Counted from the first letter of the stretch, positions 48,874 through 58,774 are shown. The stretch: 64,000 nucleotides of DNA from an uncultured Acidobacteriota bacterium (GCA_963843575.1 CAWJKZ010000011.1:64001-128000), one strand, 5' to 3'. Translations and numbers: made by a program. Notes: generated by a model from the sequence alone, not told the origin.

Positions 48874-50778
48874 CTATTCCGGATCGATTACCGCCTCCGC
48901 ATATTCCCCGATTCGTCTGCCGTTGATGGTGAGGTCGGCCGTGACCACCCGGCGTCCCTTGCCCACGCTGCGCAACTCGAACGGCAGCGCGATCCCGGAT
49001 TTGGGCGGAATCGTCACGGTCCTGTCGGCCGAGGCGCACGTGACACCCTGCGGGCAGCTTGAGCCGGATCCGAACCAGCGCCGGCCTGAACAGGTGGTTG
49101 CGCACCCGCAGCTCCAGGTCGACCGCCCGGCCCGGTTCGGCGATCGTCCGGTACGGGTACAAGTGGCACCAGCGGTAATCGACGCCGAAGTTCGGGTCGG
49201 GTTGATCGACGAGCGACGTCATGACTTCCCTGAGCTGCCGCGCCCAGCCGAGGAAGCCCTGGAGGTCTTCGCGCGTCGGCGAGTACTCCTCGGTGTGGGC
49301 AGGGCAGACGAGGTCGGGCATGGTGTCGAGCATCGTCTGGGCGCACCGTATGAAGCCCCCGTCCAGGAAGTACTCGTTCTGCGGCACTAGCGGACCGTTG
49401 CGCACCTTGCCGGGGTACTTCTTGTTCCAGGTGTTGTCGCCGGTGAAGAGCACCTTCTTGCCGTCGATGGCGACCAGGAGCCCCTGGTGGAACTCGGTCT
49501 GGCCCGGCAGGTGGAGGAACTCCATCGAGTACTCGTGCCAGTGCAACCTTCTCGCGTCGCGCACGCACGCGGTCGGCTGGGATCGGAAACGGGATCAGGC
49601 AGGGCAGTCGGAATCGCGCCGGGATGCTCGAGGATGTCGCGCATGTTCTCGAACACCCAGACTCGCGTGTCCTCCGGCAGCAGTTCGTGCGTGCGGATGA
49701 TGTGGTCGTCGTGGTAGTGGCTGAACGAGACCGCGTCGATCCTCTTCACCCCGAAACCGGCTCTTCAGCTCGTCGATCCGCGAGCGGTCGACGTAGCCGT
49801 AGTCGTACAGGAAAGCGCTCCCGCTGTCCGACAGGATGGCGTAGCAGTTCGCGCCGCACGAAGACGAGGTGCGGCAGGATCTGCCGCACCTCCTGTTGCA
49901 CCCGGTGGAGTTCATTCGGCACCAGCATGTCGCGGAGGACGGCATAGACGCGCCGGTTTGCCGCCATGGCCGCGCGTGGATCCGCGATCGGGTCTCCCTG
50001 GCGCCGGCAGGAGCCAGTCCGGCTGCTCGCTTCTCGAGGGCCGCGAAGGCTCTTCTCGGACGCATCGATCCCCTGAGTGAACCCGTAGTAGTCCCAGTGC
50101 AGGTCGAACCAGTTGGGCACCTTGCCGGTCCCGGAGATCAGGTTTCCCGTGAAGGCGGTCTTCCGGCCGTCGACCTGAACGACAAACGAAATCGCGTGCT
50201 CCGTCGGGCCGGGCGTTTCGACGACCTTCAACTCGATAGCCTCGCCACGACACCACGTCCCCCGCGTTCAGCCTGCGGTCCACCCGGACGCTCTTCCGGA
50301 GCGTGTTCCAGTGCGAACGGCAGTTGTAGTTGATGTAGAGCTTGAGATTGTCCCAGAACTGCTCGACTTTCTCGAAGTGTCCCGCCTCCTGCGCCGGGAC
50401 GGCCACCTGGAATGCATAGTCCTGCAGGTCGCAGAGTCCCTGCGCCTGATCGCGGTGGTGGTGGGTGAGAAGGACCTGCTCCACCCGGTCAACGCCGAGG
50501 GCAGGGAGCTTCTTCAGGACGTCCCCGGACCCGAAGCCGACCAGGAGCGCGGTGCGCCCGTCGCGCAGCACATAGACGTTGCAGGTATCCTCGTAGACGG
50601 CCAGGTGCTCGCTCAGGTTCTTCACGGCCCCGGATGGGCGGAAGTCGCGCTCGTGTCTGCGTGCGGGGTCCGCGGGGAAGGGTGGAAGCGGCCGAGGGGC
50701 AAGATCGCGGCGCGTCTGGGCGAACGCGACGAATGAGACGCACAAGATGAGAACGGCCGGGAATGTCCGTCGCTTCAT
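48874..50778 (-). CDS. Tandem metallo-beta-lactamase-fold hydrolase (several frameshifts)
   Basis: THHHRDQ and SHYHDDH motifs, TPGPTEH and LPGQTEFH, FTGN and FTGDN; pieces spread over several frames; ends GEYAEAVIDPE*. Confidence 0.75.
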
Positions 50779-50811
50779 GGTAGGTTCTCCGCTTTTTGCT
50801 GGACCTGTATA

Positions 50812-50882
50812 GATCGGACGCGGCTTGTCACCAACTGTCATTCTCTGTTTTTTAGTCCGCGTGGATCGGCGTGAATCTGCAT
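50812..50882. repeat. Repeat family C remnant overlapping the Kelch gene stop
   Basis: gatcggacgcggcttgtcaccaac...gtccgcgtggatcggcgtgaatctgc. Confidence 0.55.
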
Positions 50883-53318
50883 CCGACCTGCCCTGTCGTG
50901 ATCGTACCGGAGTGCGAACACCTCCGCCCTGCCCAGGTCGGAACGCGTTCCGCCGAGCACCATGAGCACGAGGTCGTGTCCGGGATCGTACGTCCAGGCC
51001 CGGTTCTGGCTCACCAGGTCGGACGCCTGCCTGCCCGGCGGCGCGGCAATCCCGAGCTTGTGCCAGCGGTTTTCGCCCACGTGGTACGCATACAGCGCCG
51101 GAGCCTGCCTGCCCGCGGGGGAACCCGCGGTGAGCATCACGTCCCACTTCGGGAGGTAGACCGCTTCCCGGAAGCAGACGGGAGGTTTACCGCCGGCACC
51201 TTCGGCGAACCGGGGCAGGATCTTCTCCCACCTGCTACCGGGCAACCTGTAAACCCAAAGCTCGTCCTGCTGCGGCCCGCCGCCGTGCAGTATCAGCTGG
51301 TCGCGCCTGGAGTCGTAGACGAGCGCCGTCATCTCGTAGAGGTTCTGCGGCCACGGCCCGGGATTCGCCAGCTTGCGCCACTCCCGGCGAGCGACATCCA
51401 GCAGGTACACGGAATTGGGCGCGTTCGTCTTCACCTTCGCTTCGACCATGTCCCAGTAGTGATCGACGCCCATCACACCGTGAGGCGTAGTGACGGTCAG
51501 GTCGAGTCCTGGCACGCCGGAGCACAGCACCTCGGTTCGTTCGGTCGACGGGTCGTAGGTGGTCGTGACCCACTTCCGGTAGGACGATCTCGTGAAAGCC
51601 TCGCCGGCGCCCAGATCCGGGTTCCGGGGCTCGATTCCGCGCAACGGCTCCGGTTCGTAGCCGGCGGTCAGCAGGATGGTCTTGGTGTTTACGATGAGTT
51701 TGCTCACGGGATCGTAGGCGTAGACTTTGCGGCCGTGGCGCACGAACGGCACCCCGCCGAACGTCACCCCCGCCGCATTGATGCCGCGGTCCCACGCCCG
51801 CTCCGGGTACTCGGCGACGACCGGGCTGGCGATCCAGGTGTTCTGCTCCACGTCGTAGAGGTCGTAATCGGACCCGCCATATCCGCAGTGTCCGCCGCCC
51901 CAGTAGACAATCCGGCCCTTGTCCGTGTCGAACGCACACGAGCCCCAAGTCCGCAGCACGCCCGGCCGGCCCGCCCCGTCGAAATGAACCCATTGGTTCA
52001 GGGGCATGTTCCGGATACGCTCGGCCTGCCGTCGCGCACGCTCCGGGTCCGGTTGCGTGCCCGCGGTAGCCTCCTCCACGGTGCGCTTCGGCATGTCTTG
52101 CCGCGGTTGCGGCTGGACGCTTGCGTCCAGGAGCCCCTCGCGCCGGACTCTGAATCCCCAGGTCGTACGCACGGGGTAGATCTCGTTGCAGGACATCCGG
52201 TCGCCTCTGGACTTCTCGGCGGTCGTCAGGATGATGAGGCTCTCTTGCTCCCGCGGCATGAGATCGGCAGCGACATGCCACCCGGTGGGGACTTCGCCTT
52301 TGAGTTTCATCCAGCGGTCCGCCGGGGCGTCGTACGCCCACATGTCGGCGAGGTCCTCGCGGTTGTATCCGCCGCCGATGATCACCCACCCGGTGCCGGG
52401 GTCGTATACGGCGAAATGACCGGCACGCGGTGGCGGGCTTCCAGCCGCCCTGGACTGCCTCCACCGCCGGCCGCGCATGTCGTAGATCCAGGTGTCGGCC
52501 AGGTAGCGGCTCTGGCCGTCCCCCCCGAACATCACCATGACTTCGTTTTTCGTGTCGCAGACCAGCCGCGTGCTCATCCGCGGGGGAGGCTCGATCCCCG
52601 AATCCAGGGCGCGCCAGCGCGAGCTCGAACACTCGAACAGCCAGGTGCCTGTGTACCCCACCAGCCCGCCCCCCGGGCCCTTTTCGGCCACGTGCCCCCC
52701 AGCGGCGAGCACCATTTCGTCGTTCAGCGCGTCGTAGGCGAGCGTCGCCGCACTCACCGGGGGCGGACCCTGGGCGTTTGGGGCCGCATCGGCCCACTTG
52801 CGGGCGCGCACGTCATAGGAGAACGTCCTGCCGCCGGTGAAATAGATCATTCGGGCGCGCCTGGAGTCGTAGGCCACCTGGTCGAACACGATGTTCAAGT
52901 CCGGGCGCAGCACGCCCTCGCGCATTTTGAGCTGCGGGCGATAGCTGCCCGTGGTGATTCCCTGGTAGGCGCTGCACTCGTGGACCGGCGGCGGCTGGCT
53001 GCGCCATTCGTCCCGCTTCTCGAACGGATACTGGCTGACCCACCTGCCCACGTTCGGGTCGAACGCCACCACGTCGTACTCCTTGTTGCCGCTCCAGGGC
53101 TCTTCGGGGTTGCCGTAAAACTCCGTCACGTGACCCATGTAGCCCCAGAGCAGGAAATAGCCGCCGCCGTCGTCGACGAAGCGGAAGGCGCTGCCGCGCC
53201 GCGCGCCTTGCGGGTCCTGGGCGATCCGCGTCCAGGTGTTCACGGCGATGTCAGCCGGCCCGCCCGTGCTCAGAAGCACGGCAACGAAGGGAAGAAACCA
53301 GCAGAGATATCGGGGCAT
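50838..53318 (-). CDS. Secreted Kelch/beta-propeller repeat protein
   Basis: Signal peptide; repeated YD...xxGG...DTWxYD...W blades; YWGGGHCGYGG. Confidence 0.8.
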   Translation of the reverse strand: MPRYLCWFLPFVAVLLSTGGPADIAVNTWTRIAQDPQGARRGSAFRFVDDGGGYFLLWGYMGHVTEFYGNPEEPWSGNKEYDVVAFDPNVGRWVSQYPFEKRDEWRSQPPPVHECSAYQGITTGSYRPQLKMREGVLRPDLNIVFDQVAYDSRRARMIYFTGGRTFSYDVRARKWADAAPNAQGPPPVSAATLAYDALNDEMVLAAGGHVAEKGPGGGLVGYTGTWLFECSSSRWRALDSGIEPPPRMSTRLVCDTKNEVMVMFGGDGQSRYLADTWIYDMRGRRWRQSRAAGSPPPRAGHFAVYDPGTGWVIIGGGYNREDLADMWAYDAPADRWMKLKGEVPTGWHVAADLMPREQESLIILTTAEKSRGDRMSCNEIYPVRTTWGFRVRREGLLDASVQPQPRQDMPKRTVEEATAGTQPDPERARRQAERIRNMPLNQWVHFDGAGRPGVLRTWGSCAFDTDKGRIVYWGGGHCGYGGSDYDLYDVEQNTWIASPVVAEYPERAWDRGINAAGVTFGGVPFVRHGRKVYAYDPVSKLIVNTKTILLTAGYEPEPLRGIEPRNPDLGAGEAFTRSSYRKWVTTTYDPSTERTEVLCSGVPGLDLTVTTPHGVMGVDHYWDMVEAKVKTNAPNSVYLLDVARREWRKLANPGPWPQNLYEMTALVYDSRRDQLILHGGGPQQDELWVYRLPGSRWEKILPRFAEGAGGKPPVCFREAVYLPKWDVMLTAGSPAGRQAPALYAYHVGENRWHKLGIAAPPGRQASDLVSQNRAWTYDPGHDLVLMVLGGTRSDLGRAEVFALRYDHDRAGRMQIHADPRGLKNRE

Positions 53319-53427
53319 AGGTTCCGTCCATTTCCGTTGATTACGTGTGAAAGATTCACCTAGCCTGAGTCCGGTTTCGATCCGTGTCAAGACCTGGTCG
53401 ATAATCGTGGGTGGGCGAGTAGGTATC

Positions 53428-53499
53428 CAGGACGCTGATGCACGCGGATGCACGCAGATTGTGACTGATCTGCGTGCATCCGCGTCCATCCGCGTCCTC
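53428..53499. repeat. Repeat family C minimal copy
   Basis: caggacgctgatgcacgcggatgcacgcagat-tgtgactg-atctgcgtgcatccgcgtccatccgcgtcct. Confidence 0.8.
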
Positions 53500-53601
53500 A
53501 ACAATGTAGTTTTGCAGCATTCGGGATTAACGCTCGCCCCCGGGCCGGGGCTACAATCGTTGTGCCCTGTTTTCCCGTCTGCCAATTCGGAAGGAGCCTC
53601 T

Positions 53602-55032
53602 ATGTTCAAGACGATTGAGCGAAGAGAATTCCTGAGCCTGTCGATTGCGGGGTGTGCGTCGTGCCTGGCCGCGAGACGAGGATTCCCGGCCATCCAGGCT
53701 CCCGGAGCACCGCTGCTCGTAAGCCCCGGCTGCCGCAGGACGAAAGTCCGCGTCGCGAAGATCTATCTCGGCATCCCTCAAGCACTCTGGCCACACCCCA
53801 AGATGGATTTGCAGGACGAAATCCAAAGGTACGAGTCGGAGTTCACCCGCATGAAGCAGGAGTTCTCCGATATCGACTTCGTGGTGAACGACCTTGTGAC
53901 GCAAAAGGGCCAGATCGGCCGGATGGCAGACCGGCTCAAAGACGTCGACGGTATTCTCGCCATCCACCTCTCCATGGGGGTGAGGGAGATCCTGGCGGAG
54001 GTCCTGGCACTCAAGCGACCTGTGATGCTGTTCGCCGCTCCCTATTCCGGCCACGAATGGACATCTCTCGGAGCGCTGCGCAACGAGGAAGCCGGAGCGC
54101 TCCTGGAGTGCATCCTCAGCAGCAACTTCAACGACCTTGCCGTCGCCGTGCGGCCCTTCCGTGCGATTCACCACCTCCGGGAAGCGAAGGTCGTCAACGT
54201 TTCGACGCGCGCTCCCGAGGCGGGCTACTTGAAGTGGGTCTCGGAGCGGTTCGGCACCGAGATCAAGACGATCGGCCTGCAGCCGGTGATGGCCGCCTAC
54301 AATTCGATCGCCGATGCGGACGCCGAAGCCGAGGCCGGGCGATGGATCAGCCGGGCGGAGAAGGTCGTGGAACCTCCCCGCGACGAGATCTTCCGCTCCA
54401 GCAAGCTGGCGCTTGCCTTTGAAAAGCTGCTCAACGACGAGAACGCCACTGTCATCACCGTGGACTGCTACGGATCGATGTATCGCCGGCTCCCGGCGTT
54501 CCCGTGCGTCGGCTTTGTCAGGCTGAACGACATCGGGCTGGGAGGCATCTGCGAGTCCGATCTGAATTGTGCGATGACCCACATACTTCTCCAGGGACTC
54601 TCCGGGCGTCCGGGTTTCATCAGCGATCCGACGATGGACGAATCCGTCCAGGGGATCATCCTGGCGCACTGCCTGGGGAGCACGAGAATGGACGGGCCGG
54701 ACAAGCCCGCCGCCCCGTTCAAGCTGCGGACCATCATGGAACGCCAGGAAGGGTGCGTGCCGCAGGTGAGGATGCGCGTCGGGCAGAAAGTCACGCAGGC
54801 CCAGCTCGTCCAGGACGACAAGCTCCTGTACTTCACCGGGGACATCATCGAAACGCCGGATGTTGAAAAAGGCTGTCGCACCAAGATCACGGTGAAGATC
54901 GATGGCGACGCCGAAAAACTGTGGCAGCACTGGTCGCACGGCCTGCACCGGGTAACCGTCTATGGGGACTTGACCAGGGACTTGAAGCGTCTCTGCCGTT
55001 TCAAGGGCATCAACATGGTCAACGAGGCCTGA
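53602..55032 (+). CDS. L-fucose/L-arabinose isomerase-like protein with Tat signal
   Basis: RBS AAGGAG; ERREFLS; ITVDCY, GICESD, GFISDP, LAHC, GCRTK, HRVTVYGD. Confidence 0.65.
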   Translation: MFKTIERREFLSLSIAGCASCLAARRGFPAIQAPGAPLLVSPGCRRTKVRVAKIYLGIPQALWPHPKMDLQDEIQRYESEFTRMKQEFSDIDFVVNDLVTQKGQIGRMADRLKDVDGILAIHLSMGVREILAEVLALKRPVMLFAAPYSGHEWTSLGALRNEEAGALLECILSSNFNDLAVAVRPFRAIHHLREAKVVNVSTRAPEAGYLKWVSERFGTEIKTIGLQPVMAAYNSIADADAEAEAGRWISRAEKVVEPPRDEIFRSSKLALAFEKLLNDENATVITVDCYGSMYRRLPAFPCVGFVRLNDIGLGGICESDLNCAMTHILLQGLSGRPGFISDPTMDESVQGIILAHCLGSTRMDGPDKPAAPFKLRTIMERQEGCVPQVRMRVGQKVTQAQLVQDDKLLYFTGDIIETPDVEKGCRTKITVKIDGDAEKLWQHWSHGLHRVTVYGDLTRDLKRLCRFKGINMVNEA

Positions 55033-55186
55033 AGCGGTCACGCGAGCGCACACAAACCTAGTGGGCCGCGTCGGCTCGACGCGGCTCCGGAACGTGTCGA
55101 ACCTCCCAAGTGCCCTCCTTTCATGGAAGGATGCCGCCGAAGCCTGTCACCCGAACTATAATGACGGCTCCTATCTCCGGAAGAAA

Positions 55187-55898
55187 TATGAAGGCGATCC
55201 AGGCGGTGCGGTTTGTCCGCGGAGCGTTGACGGGGCACACGGCCCGGGCAGGGCCGTTCTTCGTCAACCTGGATGTAACGGACCGCTGCAACCTCCGTTG
55301 TCGCGGTTGCCGCACCCATTCCCTGGACGCCGCTGGCGCCGCAGCTCGGGCTGGAGGTGGGGAGCGATGAAGTGTCCTTTTCGCCGCTTCTTGTCCACCG
55401 CGGGAGATTCAGCGCGGACGCACTCGAACCCGGGCAGGAGGCGACGCTCCGCCTGTTGCTGAACCGCCTGCGGAGGGACCTGCGCCGCGCGCCGCATACG
55501 ATCGTTACGGGCCGTTTCTGCCGGGGTCGTACTGTTCGGATACGGCGTTTCACCGGCGGATGGCCCGCGACGGCCAGAAGGTCCTGATCGTCCCTGAATT
55601 GCTGATCTTTCACACGGTGCGGTACGGCCTGGGCGGGTTCCTGCGGCATATTGTCGGCCATCGGCGCAGCTATGCCCTCGTGAATGCGAGGGAGAAGGGT
55701 CTTACCGGGGGACGGAGGATCGCAGCGTCCGTTGCGGCCGGTCTCTCGCCGCCGCTCCTCCTGGGCGCCATTGCCTGGCGCGTGTTCAAGTCGCGGAAGC
55801 ACTGGGGCCAATTCGTCATGGCGTGCCCCGTCGTTCTGCTCGGCATCCTCGCCCGTGCCTGGGGTGAGGTGCTCGGCTATGCGCAGGGGCGTGCGTGA
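55187..55898 (+). pseudogene. Chimeric remnant: radical SAM N-terminus + GT2-type glycosyltransferase C-terminus
   Basis: MKAIQ...LDVTDRCNLRCRGCRTHS then the frame breaks; later GPFLPGSYCSDTAFHRR...IFHT...LARAWGEVLGY. Confidence 0.6.
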
Positions 55899-58585
55899 CG
55901 CCTGCGGACCGGCTGAGGATATATACTGTGCGGGAGAGTATGCACGACCATGACGACCCCCGAATCGGAGGCGAACCGGGGACGCTCCTCGATCTCCTCG
56001 CCTTTGATGCTGCGGAGGGCACACGTGCGGCGATCCTGGGGCCCGGCCGAAAGGACCTGGCACGCGACCGCCTGCTGCCGCAGGTCGGGGCCGTCGTCGA
56101 ACGCCTGTATGCCCTGGGCGTCGGCCGAGGCGACCGGGTTGCAGTCGTGCTCCCCAACGGGCCGGACATGGCCGTGGCGTTCCTGGGCGTGGCCGCCGGC
56201 GCCGTCTGCGCCCCGCTGAATCCCGCCTACCGCGAACCTGAGTTCGACTTCTACCTGTCCGACCTCAATGCACGGGCCGTGATCCTGCCGGCCGGAACGG
56301 GATCTGCCGCCCGCGCCGCGGCACGAACCCGTTCGATCCCCGTGCTCGAGCTCTGCCTGGGCTCCGAGGCCGGCGTCTTCTCCCTCGACGGGGGCCCGAC
56401 AGCACGGAAGGTGTCGACCGGCCCCGCCGCCCCAGGCGACGTAGCGCTCGTCCTGCACACGTCCGGCACGACGTCGCGTCCGAAGATCGTCCCCCTCACC
56501 CACGCCAATCTCTGCGCCTCCGCCCGCAACATAGCGGTCTCCCTCGAACTGACCGCGACGGACCGCTGCCTGAACATCATGCCGTTGTTCCACGTGCACG
56601 GGCTGGTGGCCGCGTTGCTCGGGGCGCTGGGGGCAGGCGGCAGCGTCGTCTGCACGCCGGGCTTTGACGGCGAACGCTTCTCCGCGTGGCTGGACGAGTT
56701 CCAGCCCACCTGGTACACGGCCGTCCCGACCATGCACCAGGCCATCCTGGCCCGCGCGGGGGCGTTGGCCGACGCGCCGCCGCGATCATCCCTGCGGTTC
56801 ATCCGTTCCTGCTCGTCGGCCCTGCCGCCGCAGGTCATGGCAAGGCTCGAGGACCTGTTTGGCGTGCCTGTGGTCGAGGCCTACGGCATGACGGAAGCCG
56901 CGCACCAGATTGCCTGCAACCCGCTGCCGCCCCGGCCGCGCAAGGCCCGTTCCGTCGGCGTCGCGGCCGGACCCGACGTGGCGATCATGGACGCAGGCGG
57001 GAACCTGCTCGGACCGGAATCCACCGGCGAAATCGTTATCCGCGGCCCCAACGTGACCCCGGGCTACGAGAACAACCCGACGGCGAACGAGCGCGCCTTC
57101 ACCTCCGGCTGGTTCCGCACCGGCGACGAAGGGACGATCGACGCCGGCGGCTACGTCTTCATCACCGACCGCATCAAGGAGATAATCAACCGCGGGGGCG
57201 AGAAGATATCGCCGCGCGAGGTCGACGAGGCGCTCATGGATCACCCCGCCGTGCAGCAGGCGGTCGCCTTCGCCGTGCCGCACCCGCAGCTCGGCGAGGA
57301 CGTCGTCGCCGCCGTGGTGCTCCGGCCAGGGGTGTCAGCTACGGCCGCCGAGCTGCGGGAGTTCACGGCCGACCGCCTGGCAGCCCACAAGGTCCCGCGG
57401 CAGGTTTTAATGGTCGGCGAGATCCCGAAGGGACCGACCGGAAAGCTCCAGCGGATCAAACTGAACGACCTGCTCGGCGACCGCCTCAAGCCCGCCTACG
57501 TGGCGCCCCGGGACGCCGTCGAGGCACGACTGGAGGCGCTCTGGGGCGAAATACTTGGCGTCGAGCGCGTCGGCGTGCAGGACAACTTCTTCCTGCTGGG
57601 CGGCAGCTCACTCCCCGCAGCGCAGATGCTCGCTGGCGCCGCGGAAGAGTTCCACGTCGCCTTGCCTCTGGACCACTTCTTCCGGCATTCGACCCTGGGG
57701 GACCTGGCCGATGCCATTCGTTACGGACAAGGCGCCGGCCATGAGCCCGGCGGCGGCCTGGACGCGCTGCTCGGGCAACCGGTCGTTGTGCCCGTGCAGC
57801 CGAACGGGTCACGCCCACCGCTGTTCCTCGCCGTGACCGGACTCGGGTGGGAAGCCCGGCACGTGGCCAAGTACCTTGGCCCGGACCAGCCGGTCTTCGG
57901 CCTGCGCCCGACCGCCCTACTCGCCGACGCGCGCGGCGCGGCCGGCGCCCGGAACATTGCGGCGCACTATGTCGAGGCCATCCGCGGCGTTCGCCCGCAC
58001 GGCCCCTACTTTCTCGCCGGAGGGTGTGCCGCCGGCATCGTCGCGTTCGAAATGGGGCGGCAGCTCATGGAGTTGGGCGAGGACGTCCCGCTGGTCGTGC
58101 TCGTGGACGTCGATTACCCGCTCCCGGCCTGGGTGCCGACCGCCCTGGCCGTCAAACTCATGCGCCTGCCGCGCGAGTGGGCCAGGGTGCGGCGGCTGCG
58201 GCTGCGTCAGCAGTGGGAAAGCGTGACCCAGCATCTGAAGCGGTTCGCCGCCTGGATCGCCGACACCATACGGCCGGCGCCTTCGACTCCCGACCTGCAG
58301 AAGGAACTCTGGCGCCTGCGCGACTCCGTGTGGCGCTACACCCCGGCGGCCTACCCCGGACGCCTCGCCCTCCTGCTCCCGGAACAGACCGGTGTGTGGT
58401 TCCACCACGACCGCCGCCGGTACTGGCGGCGCATCGCGGGCGGCGGGAGCGAGATCCAGCCGATCCCGGGCGAGCACAGCGCTGCCCTGCAGGAACCCCA
58501 CGCTGCCGCCGCCGCCCGGGTCATCCGGGCCTGCATGGACAGGGCCCTCGCGGGTTCTTCGAGATCCACCGAGCCGTCGCGGTGA
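55895..58585 (+). CDS. NRPS-like A-T-TE protein with an oxalate--CoA-ligase-type adenylation domain
   Basis: LHTSGTTSRPK, MPLFHVHGL, WYTAVPTMHQ, FIRSCSSAL, EAYGMTEAAHQ, PKGPTGK; carrier motif DNFFLLGGSSL; TE with GGCAAG and PGEH. Confidence 0.85.
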   Translation: MTPADRLRIYTVRESMHDHDDPRIGGEPGTLLDLLAFDAAEGTRAAILGPGRKDLARDRLLPQVGAVVERLYALGVGRGDRVAVVLPNGPDMAVAFLGVAAGAVCAPLNPAYREPEFDFYLSDLNARAVILPAGTGSAARAAARTRSIPVLELCLGSEAGVFSLDGGPTARKVSTGPAAPGDVALVLHTSGTTSRPKIVPLTHANLCASARNIAVSLELTATDRCLNIMPLFHVHGLVAALLGALGAGGSVVCTPGFDGERFSAWLDEFQPTWYTAVPTMHQAILARAGALADAPPRSSLRFIRSCSSALPPQVMARLEDLFGVPVVEAYGMTEAAHQIACNPLPPRPRKARSVGVAAGPDVAIMDAGGNLLGPESTGEIVIRGPNVTPGYENNPTANERAFTSGWFRTGDEGTIDAGGYVFITDRIKEIINRGGEKISPREVDEALMDHPAVQQAVAFAVPHPQLGEDVVAAVVLRPGVSATAAELREFTADRLAAHKVPRQVLMVGEIPKGPTGKLQRIKLNDLLGDRLKPAYVAPRDAVEARLEALWGEILGVERVGVQDNFFLLGGSSLPAAQMLAGAAEEFHVALPLDHFFRHSTLGDLADAIRYGQGAGHEPGGGLDALLGQPVVVPVQPNGSRPPLFLAVTGLGWEARHVAKYLGPDQPVFGLRPTALLADARGAAGARNIAAHYVEAIRGVRPHGPYFLAGGCAAGIVAFEMGRQLMELGEDVPLVVLVDVDYPLPAWVPTALAVKLMRLPREWARVRRLRLRQQWESVTQHLKRFAAWIADTIRPAPSTPDLQKELWRLRDSVWRYTPAAYPGRLALLLPEQTGVWFHHDRRRYWRRIAGGGSEIQPIPGEHSAALQEPHAAAAARVIRACMDRALAGSSRSTEPSR

Positions 58586-58774
58586 ATCCTGCAGAATCGT
58601 CGACCTTGGGCCGGCGGGAAGCGCTTATCACGCGAAAACAGGGCCAAAAAGTGGAAATAAGACCTGTTTTGGGGTGGCTAAAACGAGTTAAATTGCCTAT
58701 TCGCAGCAATTATCGTGGTCCGTCCCCTAAAGTTGCGGGCGCACCGTACCGATCTGAGTTGGGGGGGTGCGGTT

